A DNA stretch of 64,000 nucleotides, taken from assembly GCF_006345805.1 (NCBI RefSeq), contig NC_043003.1, forward strand, positions 62,000,001 through 62,064,000, in the 5' to 3' direction. The stretch's first letter is position 1. Each line of letters begins with the position of its first letter. The notes under the pieces were generated by a model, which searched no databases, was not told the DNA's origin, and saw nothing but the letters and a program-made list of their open reading frames with translations. This DNA comes from Octopus sinensis. Lineage: Eukaryota. Made by a program: the position numbers and the translations under genes. Below are positions 14,941-28,954 of this stretch, piece after piece.

Positions 14941-15285
14941 TATAGTTCATATGCATTATAGAACACCAAGAACACTGATCTCTTGTTATTCTTTGTACCA
15001 CACACACACACAAACACAACCTCCATGTATACTGGTGTACCCAATATAGTGTTACCACCACTACATCACTATTCAACATTCCTTTTTCTATGATTGCTTG
15101 GGTCTGATGGAAATCATTGAGGTAAATTTTCTATGTCTGGATGCCCTTCCTCGCACCAGCCTGCACCTGTTTTCAGACAAGGTAATGTTCCCCCATGCCC
15201 ATATGTGATGCTCGCTGAAGACTGGAAACAAAGGATATTGCCTGTACAATGGTGATTTCCAAATAAATGTGCGCGCGCACACACA

Positions 15286-15425
15286 CACTCACTCACTTAC
15301 TCACTCACTCACTCATTCAGTCACTCACTCACTCACTCACTCACTCACTCACTCACTCACTCACTCACCTACCCACCCACTCACCCACCCACCCACCCAC
15401 TCACTCACTCACTCACTCACTCACT
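15286..15425. repeat. (TCAC)n/(CCAC)n tetranucleotide microsatellite
   Basis: Directly visible. Confidence 0.95.
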
Positions 15426-15429
15426 CTTC

Positions 15430-16405
15430 CAGCATAATTGTTAGCTGCTACAAGGGTAACAGTGATGCTTTAGATAGAAGCAGTTATAGAGGCATCAAAC
15501 TCCAGGACCAGGTGATGAAAATTACATTATTGCCCAGTTAATTAGGAGCAGAATTAGGCTAGATGAAATGCAGTTTGGCTCTATTCAGGGAAGAAATACT
15601 ACTAACACTATTTTCATAGTCAGGTAACTGCAAGAGAAGTACTTAGCTAAGAATAAACCATTATACTTGGCATTCATTAATTTTGAGAAAGCCTTCAATT
15701 AAGTGCCCCACTGTGTAATATGGTTGGCTCTGAGGAGGCTACAGATAGATGAGTGGCTAAGGAAAGCTGTACAGGCCATATACAAAGATGCTGTCAATAT
15801 GGTGAGAGTTAACTATGAGTACAGCAAAGAATTTGGTGTTCAGGTAGGGGTTTATCAAGTGTAGAAAGAAGACTGCACTAATTTGGTTATGTGATGTGAA
15901 TGGATGCTGACAGCTTCATAAAGGAGAGCTGATTTCTCGAAGTAGATGGAGCATGTGGAAGTGGGAGACCCAGAAAGACATGGGATGAAGTACTGGAGAA
16001 TATCAGGACACTGAACTTTTCAGGCAAGATGGCAAAGGACTGAGATGCTTGGTGCTTTACTTTACTCAAGAAGACCCCATACTCTACTGCAGAGGTGTTA
16101 TGACCTCTGCTTGTGAAAAGCAATCGTGGCAGTGTCACATAAATATGCCTGTGATGTGCCACATAATGGCACCCATGCAGTGCCATGTAAAAGTGACTGG
16201 CGTGATGTAGAAGTGCTTGTGTGGTTCCACATAAAAGCACTCAGCACACTCTGTGAAGTGGTTGGCATTAAAAAGGACATCCAGCTGTAGAGACCATGCC
16301 AAATCAGACTTGAGTCTGGTGTAGGCTCCCCAGTTTGCCAGCCTGGTCAAACCGTATAACCCATGCCAGCATGGACAACAAACATTAAATGATGATGATG
16401 ATGAT
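15430..16405 (+). mobile_element. 5'-truncated, internally deleted RTE LINE with 3' UTR and (GAT)n tail
   Basis: YKGNSDALDRSSYRGIKL, DEMQFG, LQEKYLAKNKPLYLAFINFEKAF, GRPRKTWDEV; ends catggacaacaaacattaaat(gat)n. Confidence 0.85.
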
Positions 16406-16709
16406 ATATAAAATTAATAGCATGTTGCAAAAAGCTAGTTTTTCTAAAACCTTTAATAAATTGTTTTGTTATTTAGCAAACAGGTTCTTAAATAATTATA
16501 TGGTGCACTATCTTGAAATGTTAAAACTAATAATAGCTTTCAATATATTTTTCATTGTTAGATTTTTTTGTTGCACTTTTATGACCTGGTCCATGACACT
16601 GAAAACTGAAAAAGTAATGATCTTATCTTTTAAGCTACTAATTTAAAGCATTAAAACTAAATTGTTTTTGAAAACAATAAAAAAATATTAATTTCATTAA
16701 AATATTAAC

Positions 16710-17008
16710 TGGCACTTCATCAATTACAACGATACAGGTTCCAGTTGACTCAATCAACAGAACAGCCTGCTTGTGAAATTAATTAGCAAGTGGCTGAGCT
16801 CTCCACAGACACATGTACTCTCAATATAGTTCTCAGAGAGATTCAGTGTGACACTGAATGTGACAAGGCTGGTCTTTTGAAATACAGGTGCTTCACATTT
16901 TTGCCAGCTGAGTGGACTGCAGCAGCACAAAATAAAAGGTCTTGCTCAAAGACTCAACATCCTATCAGGTGAACCGAATACCCTAACCACTAAGCTACAC
17001 ACCTTCAC
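16710..17008 (-). mobile_element. tRNA-derived SINE (family C)
   Basis: Minus-strand head gtgaaggtgtgtagcttagtggttagggtattcgg (A-box-like), followed by ctttgagcaagacc and tccactcagctgg SINE core-like motifs. Confidence 0.65.
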
Positions 17009-19422
17009 AAACTAAAATATGAAAGCAATGTACTGAGTCAACAAGGGAGCCTTGATATGATGGCTTGATCTGCTAGAAGTAGCAGCCAATCACTTTTAAA
17101 TCACACACCTTAAAAAGGAAACATTAGATTGAGTAAATTTGAAAAACAGTTTTGTTTGATCAGACTTAACAACAATGTGTAATGTATACTTAGTCTCATT
17201 TTACCAAAGCAATAAAATATACCTAAAAATAATAAAACTTTAAAACAAAGCTAATTTATGTTTTTGCTCAATTGCTAACCCATACTGCTATTAATGAAAA
17301 TGCTAGAATTGTATTTTGGAGGTTATTTACACCTAACATTTGAATAATAAGGTTGTTTGAGATAGAAATAAACAAAAACTGTCAAATAAATCTGAGATTC
17401 AGATATTTTCTGTTTGGTTGGACATTTTTGGTAGCAATAAATTGAAATATTCACTTCAACTAAACAGGAAATCAATGCTTGTATAAGACAAATTTTGATA
17501 ACTTATTCTTTACCAGTCCTTGTATAATTTTTAAAAATAGCAGCAGATAAGTATAGATATATGTTATAATAATAACTTAAAGTTTAACTTTTAAAAATAT
17601 GTTAAAGTGTTTTCCTTTTCTTTTTCAGAATATTCCTTTATATTTTTGATATTTTGTATAAAAATATTATAAAATTTAAACCTAATGATTTCTCTACCAT
17701 AAACAGTGAGCTTCTTCAAATGACTTTTAGATTGTACACACATACATGAACTTCCACCTCATGTATATATATGTATGTGTGTGTATGTGTGTGTGTGTGT
17801 GAGTTTAGAAGATTACTTGAGTTATAAATTGAGTTAAGCATTTCAGAAATTTACATTTTTACATGTACTAACTACTTTATCATGATTCATAAATAATTTA
17901 TTTTGGGGAATATTTTGTTAAAATCTGTTGAAATTAAGTAGCTTAAGTCTGTATAAGAATTCATATATAGGGTAGAATGGTGTAATCTATGTTTGTTTTC
18001 TACTTGTGTCCTTTATTGTTTGAGCTCAATTCTCACCAGCATAGAATTCAGATTCCTTTGTCATATATAATGCTTATTTACTCACATTGTTTTCAATTAA
18101 TCGTGCATTCTCATACTTTTGATATTTAAATCATGTGATTGTTCATTTTTAGAATGACATTGTAGGGCAGGTGTGAGAGGCCAGATCTGGCCACTTAGGA
18201 CATACAACATGTAGAATAATTTATCTATAATTGAGCATCAGTAGTGTTTAATTATTCTCTTATTTTATGTCTTACAAAAGTAAGGCCTGAGTCATGTCTT
18301 ATATTCATGCAAACAGAACTTCTTTTTTATATTTGCATGTCATCAGGAATTTACTCAGTGCATACCTCCTTTGTCTGAATAAACTCTTAATAATTTTATC
18401 AAATAATAATTTTGTGATGGACAATTATCACCAAAGATAAAGTAATGGAAAAACCTAAATGAACTAAAGCAGCTTGTGGAAATTGTGGATATTTTAGTGA
18501 AAATTGAATTGGGAAAGCAATTTGAGCTAGGCTATCTGTGTCAGTGAACATTGGTAATCATTGAGTTACTAAGAATTTTGTACAATATTTATTAAGGTCA
18601 TTGTATAATTGAAGTATTTAGAATCATTAAACGATGACTAGTTATGCAATATGATAATCATAATAATCTTTATATAGTTTTTTCAAGTACAATGAATTGA
18701 CCAACAGGAGGACCTGTCTCACAAGGTCCTTTTATAAATCGTTTCAAAGATAAATGACAATAACATCACTATATGGATAGCTTAATGGTTATGTTGAGAA
18801 ATATCAATATGGTTGCACTGATGTGCATGACTCAGAGCATACATTAGAAATGGAGAGTAAACTAGGTTTATAGATGTCTTTAATATGAAGAGTTTTACCA
18901 TATGGCAGCTATACTGAGCTCACCAACTAGTAATTCTCTGGTCATTTGCATCAGGTAGGAAAATAGACTATCCTGACTATGAAATGACACGGATGCTTGT
19001 TTGTATGAAAGTTAAAATTAGTGAAGACCATGTTCTGTCAGATAGAGGTTATAAAAGGACTCAGTGATAAAAGAGAAGGAAAGTGATAGGATTGTAATTT
19101 GTGGGAATGAATGGAAGCTTTTGCGAGGATGAGTTTCAATTGGTATTCAATGTAGACATGAGAACATCTCTACCATAAACTTTCAATGGGAAGAACAACT
19201 TTGCATTTGATAGAATTCCATAATCTAAGATTTGGTGAACAATAAGAAAGCTAGGTGTAGACCTAAACCTAGTTTACTCTCCAAGAGTTGGTCAGACTAT
19301 ATGAAGGTGTAAGATATTTGATATCTTTTTACAATTGATATTAACTCAATGATTTAGTTTATTAGTAGACAATCCCACTGAACTCTGTTTTCAGCTGTCT
19401 TCTGTTTATACTAACTTGAAAA

Positions 19423-19591
19423 TACTAGTGTAGCTAGAGGGGATGCAGAGGGGGCCATCTGCTTCAGGCAGCACTTTTATGGTGGTGGCACCACTTAGGT
19501 CTGCTGTGGGAAATATGTAGTTTTTGTGGGGGTCCAGGAGTGGCAAACTAAAGGGTCACCCTGAGCAGCACACGCTCTTACTACACTAGTG
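19423..19591. mobile_element. hAT-type MITE (169 bp)
   Basis: TIRs tactagtgtagctagag / ctcttactacactagtg. Perfect 8-bp TSD CTTGAAAA at 19415-19422 and 19592-19599. Confidence 0.85.
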
Positions 19592-20620
19592 CTTGAAAAC
19601 AACAATAGCAGTGTTTGTTCTGTGTGACATCTTATTTTCTAATTAATAAACTACAAGAATTTAGAATCTTGAAAGAATATACCAAAGTCAAAAGGTCTCA
19701 TATTTACTTGCGATATATAAAGGAAGCAGCTGAATGAGAAGCACTTCAGCATCATCTAGGAAATGTTTTTTCTGAGAAAGTAGAAAAGGAGTAACTAGAA
19801 ATACAATACTGAAGCTCAACACAAATGGAAAGCACCTGTAAGATGAGGTGGAACCGTCAACCTAATGTCAGAAATATTAGCCTTACAAGAGTAGTTAACA
19901 ACCACAGCAGTTACAAAATGAAAACTATAACCTGATCAGAGGTGTTGCTGCAAATAGTTGATTAGTTGTACACACATTTTGTGCTGAAAGTTATTTTTGT
20001 GAAAGAATAGCAGCTAGGATAAGGATAGTGTAAAGGAAGTTCAAAGAACTTTTATTTTTGTTGAGGACAAATAATTTCTCTCATTGAGCAAAAAAGAGAT
20101 TTTATGAGACATATCTAAGAAGTATCACATTTTATATCATCGAAATATGTGTAATAAAAGAACAAAGTCTCCAGTATTTGGAATGGAGTATGATTTGTTA
20201 AAGAACCATTAATTTGCTGGAAAGGTTGATGTAAGGGATATAAAAAATATGGGAAATGTGTGCTAGGCACTGGGAAATGTGTATAGGAGAGTAGTTCACA
20301 CTAGTATCTCTATGTAAATATGTTATAATTAAAAAGAAAAGTATTTTGAGTTCATAGATTTAGATGAAGCAAGACTTGCAAGATCGTATTAGATTAGAAG
20401 CTTGTGGCCTTAAAATTGCTTCAAAATTGAGATCAATAGAAATATGTTTATTGTACAGTTTCATGCTCATATAGACATGGAAAATTAGTATAACAATGAC
20501 AATATTGAAAAATGTATTGTGTCTTCACATGATGAGTAAAGTTTAGAAGAAATCTTGAATGGAGGTGATTGTATCAATTTGCTCATAAAGATTTTCTCTA
20601 ATTGTCAGCAAAATATTTTA

Positions 20621-21892
20621 TGAGGTGGTATCAAAAAGTTCCTGGACTACTTCTGTAAAGCACCATCAGATGGTAGCACACGGTTGCATGTGCAGTGAGA
20701 ACTAGTAGTGACCTTTGTGAGGCAGTGTGCCACGGGACATTGCTGTGTTTACTTTGCAAGTTGTAAAATCTGTGTTTCGTGATCACATGTATGCTGTAGT
20801 CTGTGATTTTGTTGTAACAAAGGGCCAATGTGACATTTTGCATTAAACTTGGGAAGCCTGCTACAAAGACATTGAGCATGCTTCAGTAAGTTTATAGCGA
20901 TGTGACAATGGGCTGTACACAATGTTTTCAGTGACATGGGTGCTTCAAAAGTGGGAAAACATCTCTGGAAGACAATGAATGATCTGGAAGACTTGCCACA
21001 AGCCTCACCCCAAGAAATGTGGAGAAAATTCATCAGCTTGTGCTTGAGGATCGTTGAATGACAATCAATGACATTGCTGATGTTGGTCTGTTGTATGGGT
21101 CCATGCAAGCAATCCTAACATCTGAATTGAACATGCAGCATGTCTCTGCCAAGTTTGTCCCCTGCCTACTGAGCTCTGTGTGGAAAGAACATTGCATTGA
21201 AGTCTGTCAAGATCTCCATTAGAGTGCTGCTGGTGATGCATCCTTCATGTTGAGGATCATCACTGGTGATGAGAGTTGGATCTACAGGTATGACCCTGAG
21301 ACAAAGCAGTAGTCATCACAATGGGAGAGCTCTTCATCTTCATGACTGAAGAAGGCACAACAGAGCTGCAACTCAATCGAGAGCATGGTGATCTTTTTTC
21401 CAACACCCACAGTATTATGCATTGAGAATTCATCTCCTAAGGCCAGACTGACAATCAAGAGTTCTACTGCGATGTTTTGAAGCATTTGAGGAAGGACATT
21501 CGTTGAAAGTGACCAGATCTGTGAAGCATGAACATTCTTCATGCACCCTGTCATCAAGCTCTCCTGCCAAAAAACAACATGGTATCACTTCCACACCCAC
21601 CCTCTTTGCCAGATTTAGCACCTGCGGACTTTCATCTCTTTCCCAAGGTGAAAATGCAGCTCAAAGGCTGCCATTTTAATGATGTTGTCAAGATCAAGAG
21701 CAAATCACAGAAGGTTTTTGACTCACTTATGGAAAACAATTTTCAGGCTGGATTCCCAAACTGGCAGGAACACTGGGACCGGTGTATTGGTGTGCAAGGT
21801 GACTATTTTAAATGAGATGATGTTAAAACTTAGGTAAATAAGTTATTTTTTATTAAACATAACTAGTCCAGGAACTTTTTGATATCACCTTG
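20621..21892 (+). mobile_element. Full-length decayed mariner (Tc1/mariner) transposon
   Basis: 29-bp TIRs tgaggtggtatcaaaaagttcctggacta / tagtccaggaactttttgatatcaccttg with TA on both flanks. Transposase remnants ITGDESWIYRYDPETKQ*SSQW and HPPSLPDLAPADFHLFPKVK; multiple stops. Confidence 0.95.
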
Positions 21893-22890
21893 TAAGGAGT
21901 GTGAGTTATGACAAAACCTAACTCTGATCTTTGTAACTTTCAAGCCCCAATCTGATCAATGCAATTTTAATATCCATGGAAGTTCTGAATTCTCTCCAAA
22001 TATCTTCTCTTTAAGGATCTTTCAATATAATAATCTTATTAATAGCTTATTACTTTTTCATATCCTTCATATTCAGTACTCTGTCTACCTCTAATGTCAG
22101 ATCAGTATGTATGTCCGCTTAGTACTCAACTTCACATCTAATATGACATGCTGTCTTCCAACTTGAAGACTATTTCCCCGAAATACTTCTTTGCCACCTA
22201 ACTCTTCAGTCTGTATTAAATATAACAATTTCACCTATGCCCCGCTCTTGTAAGAACCTAGACAAACTGTAAACATTGACTCTTCTTTTGTGAAAAGATG
22301 GTGTAAATCTCCATCAGTATCAAATGAATTTATAAGGTTATAACTTTATAATATATTGGAAATTAGAACTACAAAAACAGACAAGATTGGACATGGCTAT
22401 TGTTAAAAATACAGCAACTCTAAACATCATTATGATTCAGTAAATGCGATATTAATGTACTACTTAATGATATTATGAAGTGCTTCTGGTATTGATATAT
22501 TACACCTTATGTTTACAATTATGTGAATTAATTTCACCTTTGGCTTTGTTCTTCAATCTGTCTGATGTTATAATTTTAAGCATCTTGTGTATCTCTACAA
22601 TGTCTGCCTAATGTTTGTTGGATACATGTGTATGTATTAAAAAAAAATAAAAACAAAAAACTTCAGCTTATCACTTGAAACAGAATGTTTTGTTAGGACA
22701 GTTGAAACAGTCAGATAGATAGGAATTACACTTTTTGTATTGTTATATAGTTATGAGAGAATATTTTATCTGTATATTTAACTAAACTGTTTCTTTTGCA
22801 TAGGAGATAGTTATAGGTATCTCTCCAAATACAAATTGGTAGAATTTTGGAAAATGTCAAATTTTTAAGCTTTTCGGTAGTAACATGATA

Positions 22891-23279
22891 GGCATCATGA
22901 TTGTGTGGTTTAGAAGCTCACTTTGTAACCACATGGTTTCTGGTTCAGTCTCAGTGTGCAGTACTTTGGGCAAGCATCCTCTACTCTAGCCCTGAGCTAC
23001 TAAATACTTTCTGAGTAAATCTGGTAGACAAACTGTAGAAGCCTGTCGCATGTGTGTATGTGTGTCTTTGTGTCTGTGTTTGTCCCCCCACCACCATTTG
23101 ACAACCTGTGTTGGTTTGTTTACATCCCTGTAACTTAGTGGTTCAGTTGGAGAAATTAAAAGAATAAGTACTATACTTAAAAAATAAGTACTAGAATCAG
23201 TTTGTTTGACTAAATCCTTCAAAGTGGTGTCCTGGCAATGGCTGCAGTCCCGTGACTAAAACAAGGGAAAAATAAGATA
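22891..23279 (+). mobile_element. tRNA-derived SINE (family A, abundant in this window)
   Basis: tgtgtggtttagaagc...ggttcagtc...ttgggcaag...(TG)n...tttgtcccccc...agaataagtacta...; same family as the copies below. Confidence 0.85.
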
Positions 23280-24299
23280 TTAGATAATTATGATTGTGAA
23301 AAGCAGAGGATGCAGATTTCTGATTTGTTATATTTAATTTTACCCCATATACTCTTTAAATTTCATTATTCATAACATTCAGTTCAGTATGTAAATATAC
23401 AGTGAATTCTTTTCAGTCTTCTGATAATTGGTAAAATATTTTAAGAATAATATTAATTTTTCTGGCATATATTGTTTTCTTAATTATTCAATTATTTCCC
23501 ATGTTATTTGCAGCCTTTATGAGTTTTACTAATTTCTTTTTAAAAATTTTATGTCACATTTGTAACTAAGTTTATTAATGTTATAGCATTTGTTACTTTT
23601 TGTTTTGCTGTTGTTCAGTGTCATCAAGTAACTAGACATCAAGTAACTAGACATAGATCTTTGGCATTGATATATGTAATTGAATGCTTAGAAGTAACTT
23701 TATACTAAGAAGCTACTGTTGTTGGCACAGCATGTTGCATTTATTACCTATTCTGAAAATGAATTAAAGCTCTCTTATTACCAATGTGGTGGCCACTTAG
23801 AATTAACAAGTGCACAGCTGTCTTGATTGTACAGGATTTATTAGAGGTGGTTTGTTACATAACACAGCATCTGGGTGTAATAAAATAATTGATGTTGCAG
23901 CTGTTTTTGTATGTATAATATGTTTGGTGTTTTAATAAGGTAAAAGAGATGATGAGTTTACGATTGTATTGTTGTAATCTTCTAGTATTATAAAGTGCTT
24001 AAGGTATCACACTACATTCTCATAATTTTAGAATCCAAATATACTACAAATGATTTGATTGATGCATGTAATTGTACATACTTTATTCCACCTAATTTTC
24101 AAGAATAAATGTTAGACATTCTCCGATTATGCCCAGCATCCTGTCTGGGAAAGGTAAATGTATCTGTCACATGTATTAAGATAAGATAATTTTATGCATT
24201 TCTTATGAATTAGTACTGGGCAGTAATAAAAACCACAGTCATCATCTCCAAACTGCTTGCATTGACTCGAATAAAGCAGAGTGGAACTCTTACTGCACT

Positions 24300-26397
24300 G
24301 AGCTAAAACACCCAACCTGGCTGGAATTTTACGACTCTGGAGATGTGAACACTATACTACAGAATATCTTGATCTCAATATGGACTGCATGGGCAGCATC
24401 AGTACCACATAAGCACAAAAAACATTCCAAAAAGGTAATTTGGAAGACTGCAGCAGTCAGACTTTCAAGGAAAGAACGTTGTAATGCTGAACAGGAATAC
24501 AAACTGCATAAATCAGATATAAATAGGAAAAAATGCAATAAATCATCCAACCATCTCAAGCAGGAGACAAAAAGGGCAGTGCTTGAAATTGAGCAGTGCA
24601 TTGCAACCAAGGTGTTCTAGAAATATGTATGTTCAAAGCAGACACCCCACTCTCCAGTTGGTCCTCATACAAGCTAGATTACTGACAATCCCAAAGAATG
24701 CACAGAACTTATTACTGAATGCTATGCAGGCATTTTTACTGTTGAAAACTAAAACATACCATCTCCACCAACTCTGACACCAAATTCTCTAACAACTATG
24801 GAATTTACACCTGCAATATTGTGATGTCACCTTAAGAATAAGCACAACTATGCCTCTCCTGGTCTTGATGGTGTTATGTACCTGCTTCCCAAACGTGGTG
24901 GATACTTTCTTCTGCATCAACTTTCACTCTTCTTTCAGTTCTCTCTTAACAACAGTGCTACTCCGGAACAGTGGGAAACTGCCAGTGTCATTCTTCTGTT
25001 CAAAAAGGGTGACCACATGTCACCAGTCAAATATTGTCCAATCAGTCTTACTAGCTGCATTGTCAAACTGATGGAATTCTGTATCAGAGAAACACTCTAG
25101 AACTTCTGGAATTCTCACAGCCTTATCTGGCCCTCACAATTTGGATTTATCCCTAACTCCAGCTGCTGTGATCAACTTTAACAAATTTCTTGAAGACATC
25201 ACCTGGGTCATTTATAGTTGCTCATGAGTAGATGTTGTTTACCTTGACTTTGCTAAAACTTTTAATTCTGTGTCACACAAATGACTTATGGTAAAACTCT
25301 CTGCAGTGAGTGTGGAAGATGATCTTTTTAACTGGTTGGAGTCCTTTATTCTCAGTGGAAAAGGGGTAATCATGATTCTAGGACAACATTTTTCACCCTA
25401 TGAGATATCATCTGGTGTACTGCAGGGATCTGTTCTTGCTTTCCTTTTGTTTGTTTCATACATTATTGACATAAATGCCACTTAAAGAATGTCACAGTAC
25501 TGAAATATGCAGATGACATCAAGCTGTACCTTGAGATAAAAAGGACAGATCCTGAACTCTATAGATCTTTCCTGCAATCGAATCTGGACACACTGCAACA
25601 ATGGATCATGGACTGGCAACCCAGGTTGGCTGTAGACAAGTGTACCACCATGCATTTTGGGAGGAAAAACCCAGTGTCCATATACATTCTCCACAACACT
25701 AATATCAAGAAGTCTTCTTGTGAATGTGACCTGGGCATTACTGTCAGCAGCAATTTGTGCTGAACAAAGCACGTCTCTAAAATTGTCAAGAAGACCAAGG
25801 GTGTCTTTGTCAGCCACTCTCCAGCTATCTATTTAAGATTGTATATGGCTATGGTGCGGCCACACTTGGAATTTGCATCATCAGTCTGGAATCCCTATCT
25901 TGCTAAGGACATTGACCTCCTGGAAATTGTTCAAAGATGTGCAACCAAGCAAATACCCTCCATCAGGCATCTACCATATTCTGAATACCTTGCTTCCCTG
26001 GGCATAGATACATTGAAACTCCAATGTCTGGCAACTGACTTGGTAAACACCCACAAAATTATTAACTATCGTACCAACAACAAACTTGAGCACATTTTTG
26101 AGCTCCATGTGTCTAACACACGTGGGTGTGCCTACAAAGTCAGAAAACAGCACAGCACCCATGACTTTTAGAAACATTTTTTCACACTCGGAGTTGCTGA
26201 AGCATGGAACAGACTACCTGCATCAGTTGTTAGTTGCTGAGACATTGCATCCTTTAAAACCTCCATGCTTCCTGAAATTCGCTGACACTACAGATGACAT
26301 CCTTGCTTCCATATGCATGCACACATGTTTATCATAACTCGTATACTGTTCACTCATATACTGTTAAACGACGACGACTATTATTATTATTATTATT
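24300..26397 (+). mobile_element. Decayed CR1-clade LINE (ORF2 RT region and 3' end)
   Basis: WETASVILLFKKGD..SPVKYCPISLTSCIVKLME, VDVVYLDFAKTF, SGVLQGSVL, KYADDIKLY, VRPHLEFASSVWNPY; (TAT)n tail at about 26379-26397. Confidence 0.93.
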
Positions 26398-27861
26398 TCC
26401 TTAATTATCTGAAGGTCATGTCAGCGGGTGTTCCCAATATGTTTGACTTCCTTTGTTTTAGCTTTTACCAGAATTCTGTGTGCTGTGTAAAGAATTTGTT
26501 GGATGGAATATGTTGGAATATATAGTACAATAATACATTAGTTTTCTCTTTTGTGGTATAGGAGTCATGGTTTTTATAATCTTGGGCTTTTGGTAATAAA
26601 TATTAGATTCATTTGCTACCATTGATTATTTCCATAGGCCTAAAATTTTAGTTTGTGAATTTATTACTAAAGTTGTTCTATGTTTATGGAGCTGTTAGAA
26701 AATGTGACTACACTGTTATGACCAAATGATGTTATGTGCACAATGTAAAAGCCTTACATTGTAAGAGCTTTACAAGTATAGATCAAAGAGGATAGAGAGA
26801 GTTAAGAACCTTGTTTCTTTTGATTTAAGAACTCATAGATCATATAAAGAATTGTATCAAATTATATAGTAGTGTATTTTAGATGGAGAATGGATAATGA
26901 ATGAGTAATGGAACTTTGAATAATGTTGCAAGTCTTATTGAAGGCAGATTATATATTTTGTAAGAATTTACTAGTGAAGTTGCTGACTGGTGCCAGTTGT
27001 TGGGTGCTTGAAGAGGGATCTATGCATTGATGAAATGCAACATAAGACTTTCAAGAAATTTTGGCAAGTAATGTTTGTCAGCTGTTTTCAGTACAATTTT
27101 TATTTGATTTAAAAATTGCTACTATTTCCTCTTGTGTTTCATAATTTAGGGATTTTGCTGGCATCTTTGGCAGTATTTTATATGTCTACTATTACTGCGT
27201 TGTGTTAGGGGGTTGTAGCCATCATTCATTGTTGTTAATACTTACTTCATCAGAATTGTTATTTTTAGTTTCTTTTTTATAATCTTATTTTCATTGTGGG
27301 TTAACAGTGTTATTTTATAACTTAAGCTTATGGATTCCACTCAAAAGTATTAAAATTGTTTGTTGGCAACTATATTGAGTGATAACATAGGATCTCACTC
27401 TTATTTTGTATATTCCTTGAATTTTTATAATATAATGTAATCTATATATCTTATTACATTTGTCTTTCAATCAAATAATTTCAAAAGTGCTTATGCAGTT
27501 ATAAAATTTTTCCCTCTTTATTTCCTATTATGATCCTTAGATATTTAGATATTGTAAATCAAATACATAGGTTACCATTGTTTATTTATTTAATTATATT
27601 TTTATCATGAATACTAACAACCCCTCTCAAAAATAAATTTGATATAAAAGTAAATATTTTAAGAATATAATTGAAAACAGTTTACAATATTATGTTAATC
27701 AATGATATTCAAACCAAAACGAATTGGCTTGAGGCTAAAATAAGAGACACTTGTGCAAGCTGTTACCAGTAGGACTAAATCCCAAACCATGTGGTAGGGA
27801 ACAAACTTCTTATCCATACAGCCATGCCTGCATACTTACAAATATACATACATGCATGTAC

Positions 27862-27950
<89 letters not shown>

Positions 27951-27959
27951 CCTACCTAC

Positions 27960-27991
<32 letters not shown>
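27862..27991. repeat. (TATC)n plus (TA)n microsatellite
   Basis: Directly visible. Confidence 0.95.
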
Positions 27992-28178
27992 CATGAGGCA
28001 CCTACCTGCTAGAAAGTGGAGTTAAAACCCCAGATAAGCTACCAATAGCATGATGAGTTGAATTTTTTCACTTGGTAAAACTTGCCTGACTACTGCTGTT
28101 TTCTGTTGTATTTTTCAGTGTTATTGGTGGTTTAGCTCAGGGTTTTAACTTCACTTTCTAGCAGGTAGATGCCTCGTG
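27992..28178. mobile_element. Fold-back element adjacent to (TA)n
   Basis: About 59-bp inverted arms: catgaggcacctacctgctagaaagtggagttaaaaccc... / ...gggttttaacttcactttctagcaggtagatgcctcgtg. Confidence 0.8.
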
Positions 28179-28365
28179 TGCCCCTATGATAAATATAAAT
28201 TTTAATTCTATAGCTATCTAATGATATTTAACACCTGCAACCACCTATATTATTTTTGTTGTTATTGTCAATTATCTATATTTACTGCAGACAATAATAA
28301 CAATAATAATATCTATATAAATGTTTGCATTTGAATATCTACTCTTTATATAAATTAATGTCCGT

Positions 28366-28537
28366 TGCCAGCCTAGCCTGGCCCCCGTGCCGGTGGCACG
28401 TAAAAGCACCATCCGTTCGTGGCCGTTTGCCAGCTCTGTCTGGTACTTGTGCGGGTGGCACATAAAAAGCACCCACTACACTCACCGTCCAACCCATGCT
28501 AGCATGGAAAACGGACGCTAAATGATGATGATGATGA
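28366..28537 (+). mobile_element. RTE 3'-end repeat with (GAT)n tail
   Basis: gccggtggcacgtaaaagcacc units and ccaacccatgctagcatggaaaacggacgctaaat(gat)n. Confidence 0.8.
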
Positions 28538-28540
28538 TAT

Positions 28541-28860
28541 ATTAATAGAAGTCACAAAAGTGACAGAGGGTACTGACTAGCACCACTTTTACTAAAGATA
28601 AGAGTTAAACTAATTCAAAGCTACAAATACATTGTCTTAAGTGACTGACAAAGGGAGGTAAGTCTCCAGCATACATAACTGGATCATAAGTTTGGATTTT
28701 GATAATGTCAGTCTTATAAGGAAAACCGTTGAAAGCTTGTGCTGATTTCCAAAACAATAAAAGTGTAAACAACAAATAAAAAAGGGTGGCTTATTCGCAA
28801 TTAGAACCTAAAGGCAAAATTAATAGAGGTCACAAAAGTGACAGAGGGTACTGCCTAGCA
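28541..28860. repeat. 278-bp-period unit with 42-bp terminal direct repeat
   Basis: attaataga(a/g)gtcacaaaagtgacagagggtactg(a/c)ctagca at 28541-28582 and 28819-28860. Confidence 0.8.
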
Positions 28861-28954
28861 AGTTAGTTTAACTTTTATTCTTTAGCTAAACCTGGCACAA
28901 AGCCACCTCCCTCAGTTGAGGGGCCTTGTCTTAAGTTATTTGATAATCTCACAG

